Shown here: piece after piece, positions 14,120 to 64,000 of the stretch
Layout: the number at the start of each line of letters is the position of its first letter
Numbering within the stretch: position 1 is the first letter of the stretch
Assembly: GCF_006345805.1 (NCBI RefSeq)
Contig: NW_021834234.1
Coordinates: 1-64,000, forward strand
Source: Octopus sinensis
Taxonomy: Eukaryota
Length of the DNA: 64,000 bases
Direction of reading: 5' to 3'
Notes under the pieces: model-generated
Databases searched by the model: none
What the model was told of the DNA's origin: nothing
The model's input: the letters and a program-made list of their open reading frames with translations, nothing else
Program-made: the position numbers and the translations under genes

Positions 14120-15812
14120 ACACACCCTTTAATGTAGGTGGCCATGCTCGATCTGTAGAAAAGGTGTCAGTAGAAACTCCATAAGATGTTCCTAGTGAAA
14201 GCTATGGACAGAAAAGTGGTGCAGCACCATCAAAGGAAAATTGACTTGGAAGATAGTGTAGTGACGTCATTTTCCAGGGTGCGCACATGGAACGTCATCT
14301 TCAGTGTGCGTTTGCGATGTCATTCTTCAGTGTGCGTGTGCGGGACTGGAACCTTCTGGAAAGTCCTAAGGAAGTTCCCTCATGCACATGTACTAGAGAC
14401 TGGGGAAGAAAATTCTCTCGCGTTCCTTGTTAGCGTCGTTGACTTGAGACACGGCTATTGAAGAGAAAGGACGTGTTAAACGTGTGATCAGCCATTCTCC
14501 TGTCCCAGACGCTTAGGATTTGACCTGCTCTGTTGCTGCTGAATTTGTAGTAAGAATCTTACAAATGTTAAAATTCAGCCTTGCTATATCGAACCAAGTG
14601 GATACCAATATACCAAAGTTCTTCTTTTATAAATAAGAAAATAAAGGGTCATATATATTCTTAAGGTTGCATTTTTGTTCCTGACTGGCAGTTTCTTGAA
14701 ACAAAAGAAAGGAAATTGTGTTGCACTCAAACAGTGTAAAGACACAACCAGTTCCATTACAATAGCTTCCATGTGCAGCAGATGCACAGGAGCAATAGAC
14801 ACTATTGATACTCAGAAAACAGATTCCATTACACTCCTGGGGGAGAAACTAGAAGTAGTTGATTGTTTTGGCTACCTAGGTGACCAAGTCAGTAGCTGGG
14901 GTGGATGCTCAGAAAGTGTTACCACTAGAATAAGAATAGCCTGGTCAAAGTTCATGGAGCTCCTACTGCTACAGGTGACAAAGGGTCTCTCACTCAGAGT
15001 GAAAGGTAGATTGTACGACACATGTGTGCGAACTTCCATGCTTCACGGTAGTGAAACATGGGCTGTGACTGCAGAGGAAACCTGTGGTAGTGATAGACCC
15101 AGGAAGACATGGAACGAGGTGGTGAATTACAATCTTTGGACTTTGGGCCTCACGGAGGCAATGACTAGTGATCGAGACCTTTGGTGATATGCTGTGCTTG
15201 AGAAGACCCATCAAGCTAAGTGAAATCTTAGTCATGGTTGATACTGGTGCCACATAACTGGTACTTTTTCTTTCATTGGACACTAAACTCTGCTTGCAAA
15301 GACCTGTTTGGGCAAGCAAAATCGAAATCATAATTGAACCAAATTCGATGACTAACACCCGTGCCAGTGGTGCGCTAACAGCACCATCCGAGCATGATCA
15401 TTGCCCAGGCAGTTGTCTGGTTTCCGTGCTGGTGGCATGTAAATATCACTATTTGAATGTGATTGTTACTATCATTGACTTACTGGTACTTGTGCCAGTG
15501 GCACGTGAAAAAACATTCGGGTGAGGTTGTTGCCAGTGCCGCTGGACTGGCTCCTGTGCAGGTGGCATGTATAAAACACCATTTATGTGTGGCCGTTGCC
15601 AGTACTGCCTGCCTGGCCCTCGTGCCGGTGGCACGTAAAAGCACCCACTACACTCTCAGAGTGGTTGGAGTTTGGAAGGGCATCCAGCTGTAGAAACTCT
15701 GCCAGATCAGATTGGAGCCTGGTGCAGCCATCTGGTTCACCAGTCCTCAGTCAAATCGTTCAACCCATGCTAGCATGGAAAGCAGACATTAAACTATGAT
15801 GACGATGATGAT
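14120..15812 (+). mobile_element. 5'-truncated, decayed RTE-clade LINE with 3' UTR and (GAT)n tail; interrupted by a solo LTR and internally deleted
   Basis: 14134-14256 translates as RWPCSICRKGVSRNSIRC and resumes at 14766 as SMCSRCTGA...EVVDCFGYLGDQ...RVKGRLYDTCVRTSMLHGSETW, homologous to ORF 21001-21894. It ends in ...CATGCTAGCATGGAAAGCAGACATTAAACTATGATGACGATGATG. Confidence 0.9.
14257..14761. mobile_element. Solo LTR (505 bp), probably Gypsy-type
   Basis: Starts TGTAGTGA and ends CCATTACA (TG...CA with an imperfect terminal inverted repeat). A 4-bp ATAG duplication flanks it (14253-14256, 14762-14765). Removing it restores the RTE frame KIASMCSRC. AATAAA lies near 14639. Confidence 0.85.
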
Positions 15813-15832
15813 ATATAAATTATATATATATA

Positions 15833-15880
<48 letters not shown>

Positions 15881-15893
15881 TCACATATACATA

Positions 15894-16292
15894 CAGGGTG
15901 CGGTGAATAAATTGTTGTCTAAATTACACAGAAACGAAAATAACACTGACATCTCATTTTAACAGATATATTTACCAAAATTACATAAAAATATATTGAA
16001 ATACTAAAGAGTTAATTCCTTCACTAAAATTACCATTGGCTTCAACCACGGCCTCCAGACAATTTCAGAATCTCCTGCAACCCTTCTTGACAGTCTCCTT
16101 GTTTAAGTTGGTCAATGCTGCCATAATCCTTGCCTTCAGTTCATCTTTGGTGTTACAAGGAGTTTTGTTGGTTCCTCACTCAATTGCGCTCCATACATAA
16201 TAATCATGGTGCAGGGATTGCAGTCTAGGGTGTTAGGTGGCCAGATGTTAGGGGTGATGTAGTTGCAGAAATTGTCTGACAGCCATGACTGG
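15894..16292 (-). mobile_element. Tc1/mariner-superfamily transposon, 3' end (transposase C-terminus plus one TIR)
   Basis: Minus strand reads WLSDNFCNYITPNIWPPNTLDCNP..DYYVWSAI...DELKARI...LEAVVEANGNF, a WPPNSPDxNP-type motif with stops. The terminus CAGGGTG at 15894 follows a TA dinucleotide. Confidence 0.8.
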
Positions 16293-16524
16293 TACATTAT
16301 TTACATTTGACGGATATTTGACCTTATCTTGTTTGTTGTTAACATGTTTCGGCTGATATACCCTCCAGCTTTCATCAGGTGTCTTGGGGAAATTTTGAAC
16401 CTGGGTTCTCATTCCTAAGGTATTTTTCAATGTTGTTATTCTTATTATTATTCAGGTTACTGCCTGGAATTGAACATGGAATCTTGGGGTTAGTATCCCA
16501 TGATCTTAACAACTATGCCACTGG
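16293..16524 (-). mobile_element. tRNA-headed SINE with a hammerhead-ribozyme-like, Penelope-type tail
   Basis: Minus strand shows A box TGGCATAGTTG (16520-16510) and B box GTTCAATTCC (16475-16466), followed by CTGATGA-AAGCTG-gagggtatat-CAGCC-GAAACATGTT (16385-16341). Confidence 0.7.
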
Positions 16525-16574
16525 TTAATACACTGTCTCATTTACATTTCCTTGAACTGGGAGGAGGTGTGTTG

Positions 16575-16742
16575 ATTATATTGATCCCCAGTGTTCAACT
16601 GGTACTTATTTTATAGACCCCGGAAAAGATGAAGGGCAAAATCAACCTTGATGGAATTTGAACTCAGAAAGTAAAGCCAGAGGGAATGCTGCTAACCATT
16701 TTGCCCAGCATGCTAATGGTTCTGCTAGCTTGCCGCCTTCAG
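16575..16742 (-). mobile_element. tRNA-derived SINE
   Basis: Minus strand AAGGCGGCAAGCTAGCAGAACCATTAGC...GAGTTCAAATTCC (B box)...TCTATAAAATAAGTACCAGTTGAACACTGGGGATC; family assignment is by recognition. Confidence 0.65.
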
Positions 16743-16767
16743 CCTGCATTCTATATTAAAAGGGTAA

Positions 16768-17106
16768 AGAACCCCTTTCAGTCATGAATGACCGTGGGAT
16801 TGCACCTAGAAAGTTCTCCTCGAAGGCACAAGTCCAGGCAAGGTTTGTTTATGGAAGACCAGTAGTCACTCATCCATACCAGCCTCCTCTCTCCCCACCA
16901 CCAATGTTATCCAAGGGAAAGGCAAAGGGGCCGATACAGCTTGGCACCAGTGATGTGGAAACTCATTGCTACAGCTCACTGAACAAGGAGCATTGTGAAA
17001 GAAAGTGTCTTGTTCAAGAACATAACACACAACCCGACCTGGAAATTGAACTCATTACCTCATGATTGTGAGCCTGATGCTTTAACCACTGAGCCAGGCA
17101 CCTTCA
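16768..17106 (-). mobile_element. tRNA-derived SINE with conserved central domain
   Basis: Minus strand TGAAGGTGCCTGGCTCAGTGGTTAAAGC (A box), GAGTTCAATTTCC (B box), then a GTTATGTTCTTGAACAAGACACTTT core-like motif. Confidence 0.75.
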
Positions 17107-17205
17107 TGTATTTTAATATTTAGCAATAATTATTTCTAAAGTAAAAAAAGATAGAAAATGACAACAACACTGTGTGAATGATAGAAAAATATTCTATTGA
17201 ATAGT

Positions 17206-17211
17206 TTTATT
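17206..17211 (-). promoter_or_regulatory. Candidate polyadenylation signal of the PARP gene
   Basis: AATAAA on the minus strand, ~120 nt after the TGA at 17331; position-based inference only. Confidence 0.4.
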
Positions 17212-17330
17212 CTTACAAAAGACCCTGGGATTGCACCTAGAATTAGAGAATTTCCTGTATTTTCTTTGTCTTTCTTCTGTTAAATATATTCCTGTTCACA
17301 TTATATGTGTTTTATGAATTCCAATTATAT

Positions 17331-63724
<46,394 letters not shown>

Positions 63725-64000
63725 CTAAAAGAAAATAAGTGTCTAGTAAATGGTAATAGACATTTTATTAAATTATTTTCTTATTACAGGAAGAAATCAT
63801 TAAGTTGTAATAAATATATTCTCCCCTCACAACTGTAATTCCTATCACTCTTTAGTCCTGCAAGGGACAAGGCAACCTCACTCATGTTGCTGCTACAATA
63901 AAACAGACCCAATCCACCGTGTAAAATGGTTGTTGAATGAAGAGAGAGAATGCAGACCCAAGAGGAGTCTTTAGTGTTGTTGAGGACATGACAACCTCTC

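Overview
Eukaryotic, AT-rich, repeat-dense animal DNA. The repeat families (GAT-tailed RTE LINEs, tRNA-derived SINEs, long (TA)n runs) look like octopus/cephalopod sequence; this is my recognition, not a database result. Bases 1-14118 are a ~210-212 bp tandem satellite (~67 monomers) with local higher-order repeats. The rest is the 3' part of a minus-strand macro-domain/WWE/PARP-catalytic gene (PARP14/15-like). I traced seven GT-AG exons from 63724 to the stop at 17331; their phases join except for one 1-bp frameshift near 50778. The last intron (~31.4 kb, 17600-49042) splits the catalytic domain and is filled with nested mobile elements: RTE and CR1-like LINEs, a Penelope element with inverted pseudo-LTRs, a mosaic Helitron, a near-full-length L1/Tx1 element followed by the 5' end of a relative, and a BovB-like RTE carrying a piggyBac MITE. 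Most notable observations: hammerhead-ribozyme-like motifs in the Penelope pLTRs (U3-A8 covariant core) and in a tRNA-headed SINE just downstream of the PARP stop, a five-fold fixed-spacing CRE/CCAAT module in the pLTR, a PHD finger inside the RTE reverse transcriptase region, and a Helitron carrying a copy of sequence found 8.4 kb away. Many coordinates for decayed elements are approximate.
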